64,000 nucleotides of DNA from Tubiluchus corallicola (Eukaryota; Animalia; Priapulida): positions 466,620-530,619 of the forward strand of contig JAQGDQ010000135.1 in the NCBI GenBank assembly GCA_030141605.1. The letters are read 5' to 3'. The position numbers were made by a program, and so were the translations under genes. The notes under the pieces were generated by a model, which had not been told where the DNA came from, ran no database searches, and saw only the letters and a program-made list of their open reading frames with translations. This document shows positions 14,901 through 39,955 of the stretch, piece by piece (position 1 is the stretch's first letter; each line of letters opens with the position of its first letter).

Positions 14901-17900
14901 ATAATCTTGTTTTGAACCTTGTTATTATGGAGGAGGTAACGTCAGTAGTGGAGAGAAAACTGAAGCCATAGTTGCCACACCTCTGCTTAATTTTTCATCG
15001 ACAAAAACAAAACACAACTAGAACTTTAAACTTGAGTAAAAAAACTTTATCGATCTAACCATGACTTCTTGTTATGCAATTTAGTATACCTTGCCTCCTA
15101 CTGCCCATCCGTGAACAACAATGTCGCAAGCAATAAGATCTCGAGGCATATCTCTCAGACCGTAACATGCACTACTCCATGTTGCAACTGCAGATGCGTT
15201 GAAGTTAGGCTGACAAGCGTATAGGAGCATGTGATGTACTATGCCTAACATATTCTCTTGGATTACAGGCTCCAGCTATAAACAGTAAAATTGCACTAGG
15301 AAGCTTCTTTTGTCACTTTGGTTTAATTAGAAAAGGTGTTACCCTGACTCGTCTACTCCTGCGTGTTTCATTCATGACACGGGTATGATATTGACATCGA
15401 TATGCAGAGGCAAAAAGCAAATATAGCCTTTATAAAAATAAAAAACTGCCAATGTGTCTAATAAGGACAAAATCTTTATTAGTGCTGCGCTTGATTTGAG
15501 AATATTTGCAGTTCAGCATAGATTAAAATTATTTTTCTACTAGTACTTGCACTTTTAGGACCATTGATAATGAAGTTGTTGTTGAGAAAGTTGTACTTAC
15601 TCTTATAATGTGATGCTTTTCTTCCATTTCTGGCAGTGCATATAATTCACACCAGTACAATGTTTGCTGCCTAGTCAGAGTTGTCTATAAGAATTAATTG
15701 ACAAAACAAGACATTTGCTTATATTAGCATGAAGACACTAATAAAAGTTTCTAGTCAAATTATCACTTTCAAATTGTTTTAGTGGTCAATGCATTTACCG
15801 ATATATTTACAGTGACATAGCATAGCAGAAATTTAAAACTATTGTAAAATAAATTATAAAATGTAGAGTGAAACGAATTCTTGATATATATTTATGGATT
15901 CATTTACAACAACACTGCAGGAATTAAAGTTATATGTGAAACAAACATATTAAGTGTCATGTATAAATATTGCATGTCATACATTTCTGTTCAATATGTC
16001 CAGGGCTTTGACGTCTTCTGACTCGTAATTTCCGTAGTGCTCATTTGTGGAACAGTCGAGCAGATTCGTGCTTTTCACACCTTTGGTGCTGCCATGATAT
16101 GGAATGTTTTCCTCATCTTTTGGGTCAGTATTACTGTATGCATATATTACTCTTGTGGTCTGCCCATACTGAAGTACAGAAAAGCAAGTATATGAGAATG
16201 AATACTGACACAGCATACAGATTTGCTTGCAAATATCAGTATTTTCATTACACGTTACCTAGATTCAGCCTCATGATGGCTTTGACTGTCAATTTATAGC
16301 TTTACATTTATAGCTGACTTACAATTTATAGCTTAAACGAATATTTACTCATTTTCGTAGCGGTTGTCATGCATTACAAACTGCAGTTTCCATTCGCCGT
16401 TTTGATTGCCACAAGCTGGAAATTTTCCATAAGGAAATGAGTAATTATTACTCCAGGGGTACCTTTATTGCATAATCCTTGGCTCTGTCACACGTTTGAA
16501 GTTTGCGCCTGAAGACAAGTCTGGTTTGATTTCCTGATTCGCTTCCTTCGATCAGTTCGTAATCCTGTTTAACGTCAGCATGTGGTTTTCCTTGTTTTTC
16601 TGCATATCTGTCCTAAAAATACTTTGTCTCCTGTTATTGCAGGAACAAGTCTTAAGTTTAAGAAAGTCTGTGGATGATAGAATGAACCCCTTATTTAATT
16701 TTTGACAGCAACTATAAAAGACTAAGAAATGTGAAAAAGTTGGGATGGAATCAGCATTTGAACCATCACATTCTGGAGTGCAAAGTCACAGTGGTTATAA
16801 GGTTCAGTGGCCTAACATTACCAGATGGTTTACCAATCTTTTATGGCAAATAGTTGTATGTAGTTCCAATTCGTGTTTTCATGGTAGTCTATAGAAAGTG
16901 TAATGATCCTTATGAACTTACCTTTAAGTACACTTTGCTGTTGGCAACCCATCCAATCACAATGTCTGCGCCAGCCATTCCTCCTGAAGGAGAGAAACCA
17001 ATTCCTACCCAACCAGATGTGTTCACAACCACCTTCATATTTAAAATCCGTGAGCAATATCAGCAAAACAAGCATTTATAATACCACTTAATGTTTTTGC
17101 TACATTATTACCATGACAAAGTTACCTCAGCCATATATAGTTGTTAGTTGACATTTTCACTAAATCATTTTTTGCAAAATTTATACCGTGAAAATAAAAT
17201 CATAAACACTGCCAGAAGCAGTGGGTGGACTTTTGATATTTTCTTGGTTTAACGCTTGACTACACAGGTAATTCGTCCATAATTGGGTGATCACTAATTA
17301 AAATTCAGAATGGCCACATACTCAATTTGTGTAGTTATTCAAGAATTTATGCAACCAAAGAACACTTCAAAATTATTAAAAAGAACATCACTGCTTGGTT
17401 ATAAAAGTGAGTTAATATGTACAAGATAAACTAATCCTTTGAAATTTATCAAAATAACTTTGTATGTCAGATTTCATTATATCTCTACAGCTCAGGCATG
17501 ATGTGAGCATCTGCAATCATATGACAGCACCTGTATTTTCAAGATCACTGGATTAAAAATTACATTAAGCTGTTATGTGTCTTTCAAGATACATTTCTTG
17601 CTCCTAAATAAGTTAAAATTTTCAACTGCTTGTATATTTTACAATATGCATTGAGTTTTTCAATATCCCAAATTGTAAATCAGGTGAATTTGTAAATTTT
17701 GACTTTAGTGTATATAAGTGTGTTTCCATAACAATTTGTTATTATTGTAGTACAGTACTTTATTATTACAGTGTTAATGTCACAATAACATACTCTGTTA
17801 TCAGTTTCTATAGCACTTTCTACTTAGCACAGTGAAATTGGTTTGATTTGACAGCAACTATTAATAAATAATTAATTATTTCTGTTGTCGTACTTTGAAA

Positions 17901-18052
17901 GTTATGCAAGTGTCGTTAAATGTCCATTGTAGCTGAAAGTTTGGGTCAAGCTGTTCTGTTCTGCTTGAACATCGATGACTAACATCGCTGCAGTCAACAT
18001 AATAAACAATAAAACACAATAACACAAATTTTGATGTCACGAATACTTTCAT
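6000..18052 (-). CDS. MOXD1: DBH-like monooxygenase (MOXD1-like; signal peptide + DOMON + copper type II monooxygenase N/C domains), 14 exons, about 573 aa
   Basis: Phase-consistent GT-AG exons (minus): 18052-17894, 17032-16922, 16612-16463, 16168-15983, 15684-15601, 15275-15090, 14271-14166, 12467-12298, 11435-11292, 10992-10954, 10776-10717, 10177-10050, 7628-7508, 6077-6000 (1722 nt, open). Signal peptide MKVFVTSKFVLLCFIVYYVDC; DOMON motif SGWVGIGFSPSGGMAGADIVIGWV; CuH ligands VHHM + ETHYDNP; CuM ligands LHAHL + DEMC; ends YVEPNACKKSSS*. Symbol denotes family, not proven orthology. Confidence 0.92.
6540..7330 (+). mobile_element. L2/Crack-like LINE 3' fragment in the last MOXD intron, split by a MITE
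   Basis: ORF 6543-6752 VRAFITFQIDYRNSLLYNIP..KLRRIPNSAARLI..RNDHITSVLVQLLWL matches the L2-type ORF2 C-terminus; similarity resumes after 7091 (..ACTTTTAAACATTGTTTGAAAGCACACCTTTTC, FK..LK.HLF). Confidence 0.75.
6786..7091. mobile_element. hAT-like MITE (about 306 bp)
   Basis: Imperfect TIRs CATTGCTGGATTA / TAATCCGGGACTG, subterminal GGGCCC motifs, 8-bp TSD TTTACAAG / TCTACAAG; same family as 34036-34545. Confidence 0.75.
7976..9059. mobile_element. Non-autonomous Tc1/mariner-pogo-like DNA transposon (about 1.08 kb)
   Basis: TA-flanked imperfect TIRs TGGGGTAAAGTTGGGGAAAATGTGC / GCCCACCTTCCTCAGCTTTACCCTA; the internal ORF 8185-8496 may be a transposase C-terminal remnant. Confidence 0.65.
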
Positions 18053-18863
18053 CCTATTTGCTGATGTAGTTACAAAAAACTCTTTTTTAACTTCGCATCC
18101 AAACAGTGAGTTACAGTTATAACGTATAGACAGTCTAAATCAGAAGACTGTTAAAATTTTCAACTGCATACAGTGTATTTTTAAACTTCCTGTTTCCAGG
18201 AAAACATCAGCTACATCCGGTAAAGTTTTCATGATCAAAATGTTAAACAGTTGGTTGTGAAGTTATTCTTTGCAATTCATATTTGATATTGCATTTATTT
18301 ACAAACAATACTTCGTGTTCAGTGTTTCTTCGTACATTTTGCATTTAAATTTGTCTATAAGCAAAGCTTCAAGTTTTCTTCTTTCTAATTGAATTTTATT
18401 ATTGTCCTAAGTTAGTAATACAAGAATTTTTATGAATTTTTCTTGCACATGTATATTTTTGTTTTGCTAATGCCAAGTCAGCTGATTCCCAGCCTGTTTT
18501 GTATTAATGTTGTAATATAAAGGTGGTCAGGAAATGACAGCCCCCTGTGCTTAAAAATTATCACAAGTAGATACAAATGTGTTTTTAGTACTTTAGTCAC
18601 TGTAGTAATACATATCTAATCTGTTTTTTAAGATTCTTATTGCCAGAATTCAAAAATCAACAGAAATGGGTCATTACATCATTTGCATTTTAAAACCTGA
18701 ATGAGTTATACGTTTATGGCCCGTAGAGCTGTGAATATCGACACTACTAGATATTAAAATAAGTATTGTTTTACTAAAATTAAGTACTATTTTTCCTACA
18801 CATGTCAGTTTTTATCTAGGTCTTTCGGTTTCTTCTGTACAAAAGGAAGCAATCATTTCTTGA

Positions 18864-19095
18864 CAGTGTCAGATTTAGACTTGTTGAGGCCCTAAGCTAG
18901 ATAAAGCCCTGAATCCCTCTTTTTTTAAAAAAGATTACGCTAACTGGTCCCAGTTTATGACTAAAATATTACTTAATTATAAAAATGAGTATAAAACTAT
19001 ATGAAACCCAATCTGGAATCTTCATGAGGCCCGGCATGCTGATTGTGAGGCCCTGAGCTGTAACTTACTTAGCTTATACCTAAAACTGTTTCTTG
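18864..19095. mobile_element. Degenerate MITE related to the GGCCC-subterminal hAT-like family
   Basis: Starts CAGTGTCAGATT and has repeated GAGGCCCT(A/G)AGCT motifs like the copies at 6786 and 34036; right TIR eroded. Confidence 0.4.
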
Positions 19096-19865
19096 ATGCC
19101 CCATAGACACACCTCATATCAGAGATCATTTCCTTATCTTGTATGTCAACAGATGATATTTTCCTGTTCTATTACTAGTTGCAGAGATTTGGGTTTAGTT
19201 TGTTTAAGCTCCACACAAAAGTATGTTATAAGCGAAATAAAACTTGACTTCTGATAGAACATCATATTCGACTATGAGCAAAGTTCATGCTGTACTCAGT
19301 TGACTTGTAAGCTTAAGTGGAGAGCTGTAGCTAATCCTTTCCAAGGTTGCTATTCTTCTTTATTAGATTGCTGACATTTGATTGGCGAGATCCTGAAGTG
19401 TTTTACTGAGTAGCAGAGATGAAGTGAGGCAGAGAGTGAAATGCATGTACTTTTACATATATATATACTATCTGTACCAGAATTTGTATCTAGTATTATA
19501 ATAATAATATATATGTGCAATTATATGTACTATTATAGTATTGGGTACAAGATACAAATTTTAATAAATTTTTACCAATTATGTAAGCAGAGAGTTTTTT
19601 GCATTGAACCATATTGGTTCTTGCACTATATAAAAAAGTAGCATTATAACTAATAGTTAGAGATATTATTAATCAGTTTTCAACGTGTTAAAACAGACGA
19701 GCAGTTTTTCGATGCAAATTACACAATACATGTATTTTTATATAAAACTATATATGTGTAATATATATACATTTTTGCAATTACAATTACAATACATTCA
19801 CATTATTATTTATTAACATTTCAGGTTGAAAACTGTACATTAGAAGTTAAATAGAAGACTTCATA

Positions 19866-32331
<12,466 letters not shown>

Positions 32332-34035
32332 CTTCCTATAGCAGAAACATTCTTTTCTGTTTTTTTATTCTTTTCAAACCAAAATGGGTGAAACTGGTAG
32401 ACATTCATAATTGTTAAAAACACATTTAATTTTTAGTCAAAATTAGCATTCTATATTTTCTGATTTGTTGGAACGTAATGTTTGGTAAGAACCAATTTTT
32501 AGTTTTTATGACATGCCAGTAGGAATATAATTGTCATCTTTTTTTAAAGAAAATGTGTCTATATGTAGAAATAGACTGCATATTTTTATAAACTAACTTG
32601 CCTTGTAATCTTAAAATTTTTATTTTGTTTTCGTACTTCATTTGCGTAATAAATTTAAAAAACTCTACCTTGCTATTATTTGCTTTATAATAGTAATGTT
32701 ATGGCAGTGAAAGTTAGTTTTTTTGTCTTAAATTGTTGTAACTATTGCCCATTGTTTATTATGCGAATTCTTTCGAAATTTAGCATCTCACATCATATTC
32801 GAAAGTAGAATACTCTGAAATTAAATCATCATAGTTTCAGTCAAAGTGAGTTTCAAATAAAATTAAAATTTATAATGTCAACATTTGACACAGTAGAGGT
32901 CACTATCAAAATAAGCTGTCCGTGAAAATATGCTTATTCCTATCAGTTCACTGCAAGCAAAAACAACAATTAAATAAAAATAACCAAAAAGTAGCAAATG
33001 GTTTGATTGTACGCTGTGGCTGTATAAAAACGCATAAACAGAATGTTTACAGATAAAGTACAACTTTAATAATCTGATAACGTACACTAAATAAGTTAAA
33101 TGCACATGTAAAAATGCTTTAAACAATCTAAAATACTGTAAAAAAACAAACTTCATTAGGTGGTCACACAAACGTATTTAAAAAAGACATTGAAATAGAA
33201 AATAATAATAAAATTGTGCAAACTTCAAAAGACAATATAATAATTTAAGTGTATAATTTGAAATATTTATCACACGATTAAGCCTCTAATAATACTATTT
33301 TGGCTGAAAAACAAAATATCAAAAAATTGCATACATATTAAACAATAAATACATGTTTGACATATAAGCTAGTGAAAAACTTAATTTTAAGATATAAAAA
33401 TGATCATACCTTAAACACTTGGAAGCAAATTACAATTGACGTTTAAGCACGATGTCTTTGAACATGTTAACAACGTTTATTGGTCAAGAAAGTGTTATTT
33501 TATATACCTAGATATTGAATTATACCTTTATAATCTGAAATAATAGCTAATAATTTATTAAGGGTGACTAGATTCTTTAACTATTATGCTATTAAATCAT
33601 GCAACAGAAGCAAATTTTTGTTTCATAAAGAAATGCACAACATTTTTGTACATTCATTATAAAAATGTGCATAAAATTTGCATTATTAAAAGTGAAGTAA
33701 TTATAGATGTTTGCTACAATAAAAACAATAGTTAGATTGCAAATTTGCAATGGGAGTTCTGTATTTCATTCATACACAGAACCAACTCACATTTGTGCTT
33801 TCTTTCTCATCAAGAGTTTTGGCCTTCCATGTACAATCTGAACCAACTTCAACATTTAGGCTACGCAATTACATAAATAAAAACCACAACTGTAATTTGT
33901 TAACACAGTGGAATATAAACAACACATTAAGTGCTGGAACATAGTCAATATGTTGATTACAAAATTGATTTTTCTAACATTAAGTGCTGGAAAAATCAAT
34001 TCTCACAACTAAAACCAATAAAAAAAAACAATATG

Positions 34036-34545
34036 CAGGGCTGTATTATGACCCTTTGGGCCCCTAACCTAATGAAATTATAGGGCCTCCTCAGATACGA
34101 AGCCACCATCTAATTCGCCTGCATAATTTTTCTTGAATTATTTTTACTCTGGTATATTTTAGCGACATTTACATTGTTTGAAGTAAACTTGTTGCACCCG
34201 TCTTGAATAATTTTTACCCTGATACATTTTAGCGACATTTACATTGTTTGAAGTAAACTTGTTGCACCCGTCTTGAATAATTTTTACCCTGATATATTTT
34301 AGCGACATTTACATTGTTTGAAGTAAACTTGTTGCAAACTCTTTAAATAAATTAGTATAGCTATTTTTTATTTGTCAATAAAAATATTCTATAAGAAATA
34401 CAATTTTACTATTTATTGTAAACCAAATTAGCACGTATTTCAACATAACTGCAGTGAAAATACAGATTTTTCTGCAAGTTACCAAAGCACGAGGCCCCCA
34501 AGCTTAAGGCAAGCGCCTAATAGCCTACAGGATAATCCGGCCCTG
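34036..34545. mobile_element. hAT-like MITE containing an internal 70-bp tandem repeat (about 3 copies, 34131-34336)
   Basis: TIRs CAGGGCTGTATTA / TAATCCGGCCCTG; flanks ACAATATG / CTGATATG (eroded TSD); AGCGACATTTACATTGTTTGAAGTAAACTTGTTGCA at 34161, 34231, 34301. Confidence 0.8.
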
Positions 34546-36255
34546 CTGATATGCATGACTGAAGCCATTCTCAGACTTCCCTTTACCACACCATTCATGT
34601 GTTTTGTGACATTCATGACATTACAGTTATGAGATCATGTTTTCCATATGACTGAATCAAAACCCATTAATACATGCATAAATAAATAATACCTCGAAAG
34701 CTAGTTTAAAGACAGTCATCTCACACCCTACAAGAATAATTATGAGACATTTCACTACATAAGTGGAATTAAAATGTCAAGAAAATCAATTGCTTCGTCG
34801 TTTTAAAGAACTACTAAATGGAGAATTTATTTAACCGTACACATACGTGACTAAGATGATACAATCAGAAACAGCTAGTCTCGGGCATGAGCTTTCAAAC
34901 AGCAGTAAGATTTAGGAATTTTTCTCAATACTTGACATATTTTTTCGAAAGCATAAAATACGTTCGCTAACACTATTCTATAACAAATACACACAAATTT
35001 ATAAACAATTAATTGAGCAAAAAATTTAACATGGCAATAAAAACTTTTGTCAACCATGCCAAGTGAAAAGAAATGAAAAAAACTACCAGTATACTTTTAT
35101 CAATTACTGACCAATTGTTTTCACTATAAATTTTTAACATGGAAAATCAATTGTAACAGCAGCATTACCACAGCTCATATTGGCAATAAAACTATATCAG
35201 AAGCAGGAAAGATTATTACATTCATATAATATTATCAACATAGTCAATCGTACAAAATACAAACACTGGTACAAAATTACTATAGTGATATGTAAACTTA
35301 CAATTACTGTACTAGTACCAGAAGGTATTAATAACCCAAATTACTATAATAAGACTAAGCAGATACAAGTAATGTAAAAGTTGATATAATTTGCTATGCT
35401 AGCAAACAATACTATATGTAAACTACAGAGTAATGATGGCTGTGTGTATTGCGTAAGTTTAGTAAAAATCCAGGACATTTTTAAGAAGTTACGTATTTGA
35501 CAGAATGTAGATTCTAGCTGATTACAACACAGTTTTTTTAAAAACACCAGACACATTTACCATTGGCTCACATTTTTAGTTTCCTTCTGTATTCGCGTAT
35601 CTAATGATTCTAGACAAATATTTTCTTGAATTATCAGTACCCATATTACCTCACAGTTGAGACCAGAAGATCGAGTGATACTATGAATGCACTTTTGAAC
35701 ATGCTTAACAGTTTGACATCTTCTTGCCATTGTTTGCAGCAAACAAAACTAAAATAGAGACGGGAATATTGTCTTATCATTTGTCACGAGACAAAGTTCA
35801 AAAATTTCAATTATATTAAATTTTACAATTAGAAAAACAATACTCTTAAATTTATACATGCAAGAAGCACGTCAAATTAAACACAGTGGAGGTATCACTA
35901 TAGCACAATCACAGGCATTTCTTAGGTTTTTTATATACTTATCTATCTCGTCTTACGAAATAAGAGAGTAGTGTAAGCTCAAAATGTGAGCACACTCACT
36001 TCTAAAGGGCATGTAGCGAAGCGAGAGTTTCAGCTACATAGGTTTGTATGAAGGACAATTACCAGTATGTACATAAACCAAAGTTCATTACGTGTATGTG
36101 CACAAATAGTGCACGCATCAAAGTTCAAAGAAACAGAATGTAAAAATTACAGTTATTACAATAAGAAAACTAGATCCTTTCTTCAATTTTTGTAAAAGCG
36201 TCTTTAATAAAGAGAACAATATTGAGGAAAAACTGTTATTCTAAGTGAAAAAGCA

Positions 36256-37236
36256 ATGCGGGGAATGAAACAATGGGTTGTGCTAATGACATTGGTGGTT
36301 GCAGTTTACTTGGCACTCAGACATATTGTGGAAAAGAAGGTTGTGCTAAAAACAATACTGATTAGGAATTACAAATTTCCAAAATATATGATACCTTGTG
36401 GTGATTCGTTTGACTGCATGAGTACAATTTCGTCAATGTGTACCGGGAAGGTTGAGTTAATGGCATTTGTGCTGTCGAAATCATCAGACAAACAGGATAG
36501 AAAATGCATTCGAAACACGTGGGGTTCAGTTATAAAGCAACAGCCAAAGCTGAATCTGGTTTTTCTCATTGGAAAAAGTGAAAATAGCACCATGCAAGCT
36601 TCAATAGTGAAAGAAAACAAGGTACACAGGGACATCATACAGATAGACGTTGAAGATCACTATGATAATTTGGTGCATAAATCAGTAGGGATGCTGTCCG
36701 TTGCACGCCAGTTTTGCCAGCAGGCTCGGTTTGTGGCTAAAGTCGATAGCGATGTATTTTTAAATGTTTATAATATTACAGAAAATTTGCATCGTGTGCA
36801 TGACAATATTATCATTGGCCGATTGCTAAAAAACAAAGTGCCAATTCGTGATCCTGGAGACAAATGGTACATATCAGAAATGGAGTACAGTAAATCTGTT
36901 TTCCCTGACTACGTTTCTGGGCCGGCTTATTTTATCGGCCAAAAGGCTTTAACACACTTATATAGAGCAGCACTAACAGTGCAACTATTTAGAATGGAAG
37001 ACATTTACATTACGGGATTACTAGCAGAATATGCAGGTGTCATTCGTAAAAACATGCTGCATTTCTATGCAACAGACAAGCAGATAGACAGATATGATGG
37101 CTTGAAGCATCCAGAAGATGCAATGGTTTTGCATCCTTTATCAAATGAAAAGCTCAGGTTAGCTTGGAAAACTTACTTGGCAAACACCAACAAATTAAAA
37201 CAAACACACAGTAAACTGTCTACAAAGAATATATAA
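36256..37236 (+). CDS. Beta-1,3-galactosyltransferase (GT31, B3GALT1/5-like), single coding exon, 326 aa
   Basis: N-terminal type II TM (WVVLMTLVVAVYLAL); GT31 motifs RKCIRNTWG, LVFLIG, DHYDNLVHKS, KVDSDVF (DxD), PIRDPGDKWY, FPDYVSGPAY, EDIYITG, terminal His. Confidence 0.93.
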   Translation: MRGMKQWVVLMTLVVAVYLALRHIVEKKVVLKTILIRNYKFPKYMIPCGDSFDCMSTISSMCTGKVELMAFVLSKSSDKQDRKCIRNTWGSVIKQQPKLNLVFLIGKSENSTMQASIVKENKVHRDIIQIDVEDHYDNLVHKSVGMLSVARQFCQQARFVAKVDSDVFLNVYNITENLHRVHDNIIIGRLLKNKVPIRDPGDKWYISEMEYSKSVFPDYVSGPAYFIGQKALTHLYRAALTVQLFRMEDIYITGLLAEYAGVIRKNMLHFYATDKQIDRYDGLKHPEDAMVLHPLSNEKLRLAWKTYLANTNKLKQTHSKLSTKNI

Positions 37237-37440
37237 AAAACCGTGCCTGTAGTTTTTTCTAAACTCCTCGAATTGCTCAGTAGCGCACGTACTTACGGAA
37301 GGCGTAGTGATTGAGTGGTATAGTCGAATGATCTATTGATTACTTGCCTAGCAGTCGATCGGTACATCTGCTACTAAATTGATGCACCTCATGTACAGGT
37401 ACAGCCAAATCTGCACTCATGATTGATAATATTTGTGCTT

Positions 37441-39924
37441 CTACCATGTGCTTTTTTCAGGGCATTCATCGTTTTTGTTCACAGAGAAAGTTAATTCGTC
37501 AAACTTTTCTTGGATACATGTAAAACAGCAGAAAATTAGATAGTCATTGTACTTGTAATGATAGTAAGTCATGTAGCAAAGCTGCATTAATTTCATCGAG
37601 ACTGCAGTTAATAGATCAAGTACCTACTTTTCTCAGCACCTCGTAACCGTTACCGTTATTGTCGAAGGATAGAGGTTAAGCACAAATAGTTTATGGACCT
37701 CTCCACTCTTCCTTGTTTACTTTATTAACATAAAAAATGAACATAATCGGTGGCCATACATGCTACTATCATGAAGTGTAGCACAAGGTTACCTGTTGCC
37801 ATTGTGGCAACCTGAGGTCTATATATATTTCTGAATTGCATTTCCAGTGTCTATCAAGACGAAGCTTAAACTGGGCAGGGTTGGCGGCTTGAACTACAGT
37901 GTCAGGCAGCATGTTCCACTCATCAATTACTCGCCTTGCAAATGTGAACCTCTTTCTACTCTACCTTTGGGGAACTGTTCTCTTCTTGATTTTGTAGGAG
38001 TGACCTCTGGTACCATGGTATGTCTTGTCGATGGAAAAATATTCGCTGTTGATGGTTTCTATACCTTTAAGGATACGAAATGTTTGAATTAAATCTTGTC
38101 TTTTGCATCTATACTTCAGAGTTGTAAGGCGCAGACTCTTGCAACATATGGTAAATGAGAAACAGCAGGTCGAGTCTCGCCGTTGTATACTTTCAAATTT
38201 CCTTATCATGTCTTGAAGATTTGGGCTCCATATCACATCACCATAATCCAATATAGGGTGAATCATTGATTTATATAGCTTGGTCATCATAGATCCATCA
38301 AGAAAAGAAAAACTATGTTTGATTAAGGTCAGTTTTCCATGTGCTTTATTAACAACGTTGTTTACATGTGTTTGAAAATTAAGCACACTGGCGATGGTGA
38401 TACCCAGATCTTTTACTTCTGTGACGCTTATAATTTCTCTAGAACTCTCATGTGCCATTTTATATGTACGATCTGCAATATCATGCCTTCCAATAGTCAG
38501 GAGTTAACATTTTTCAGTGTTAAATTCCATTTGCCATTGGCGACACCATTGGTCAGCACAGTTAATATTATTCTGCATGACCTCAGGCAGCATGCTTTTC
38601 CATATATTTTAGTGTCGTCTGCAAACAGGCTTTTACTGCAGTTGAAAACTTCAGGAAGATCATTTATGCAAATAGTAAATAAAATAGGTCCAAGCACACT
38701 TCCCTGAGGTATACCGCTGGTCACATTTGCCCATTCTATAATTCTTGCCCGTTGACTACTACACATTGCTTTCTCCGACAAAGAAAACTATTAATCTATG
38801 TTAGCAGGTGACCAGAAATTCCGTATGTCTCAAGTTTTTGAAGCAGTCCAGACGGGGGACTCAATCAAACACTTTTAAAAAATCGTAATAGATAACATCA
38901 ACTTCGCCTTTATTATCAAGTAAATCCATCCATTAATTAATTATTAACAATTACTTACCGTATCTTTTATCACTGTACTTTTTCCGTTTGTCCTTCTTTG
39001 CATATTTACTGCAGAAACGCACCGCTATGAGTGCTAAAACACCGGTAACAGCCAGGAAAGTCAGACCACCAATGAGTCCCGCTTTTCCCGCCCTTCCTAA
39101 CTGGAATGGTTTTCCTGAAAGAAAACATCTCCCTGATTTAATGATGAAGACATATATTGCAGTCTAAATAGCCAGCATAACTTCAATTAGAGACGTGTTA
39201 AACGAAAATACACATTATTTAGCCATTTTGGGATTATTTTGTTGTTATCACTTTTAACTATAAATATAACAAAACTGTATATACAGTGTGAGGTAAATTT
39301 ACACTATTGCAGTATAAAAATTTTCAGGTGCAAAGGGAATTGCCACTCATTTGAAAATTATGAAATTATGCAAACTCACTAAATAAGCATGTCCAAGCAT
39401 GAGGTTATCAAGACTTTAATGTGATTTTACTAATTGTAACAAGTTGCTTATCCCACTTGTTGTTGAATCTTGCTAAATTTTTTTTGCAAATTTCTAATAT
39501 ACCTAACTTCCAGGGAGCTTATCTATAACAAAAATAACTAAGACAGTAATAACTAAAACAATAATATAAAACTATGTAATAATATTGTACAGCACAAAAA
39601 ACAAAGCATACATACTTGGTATGTCTAAAAATTTTTCTGCGCTTGGTTCACTAAATGATGTTAAAGTGAATGCGAAGACACGGAACCGATATCTCACCCC
39701 AAACTGCAAATTTGTAGCAAAATATTCGGTTTGAGTGCGAAGCAACCGCGGACTGAGCTGCCTCCAGTGAGCATTCTAGAAAAACAAAACATAAAAATGT
39801 TATATTAATACTTTAGTACATTTCATGTATTTACATTATTTGTAATTATTAGCAAAGTAGTCTTTAAGATTCTGTCACGAAAAATCATGTAATCAAAAGC
39901 TGCACATAATTTCATTTTTTATTA

Positions 39925-39955
<31 letters not shown>

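Noticed and set aside
16830-17091. ORF-track proteins at 16830-17075 (-), 16854-17081 (+) and 16903-17091 (+)
   Set aside because: Off-frame or antisense shadows of MOXD exon 2 (16922-17032), whose true frame encodes the DOMON GWVGIGFS motif.
35557-35742. Cytoplasmic-tail exon of the turtle-like gene
   Set aside because: No convincing phase-1 acceptor and no protein-like features; more consistent with UTR.
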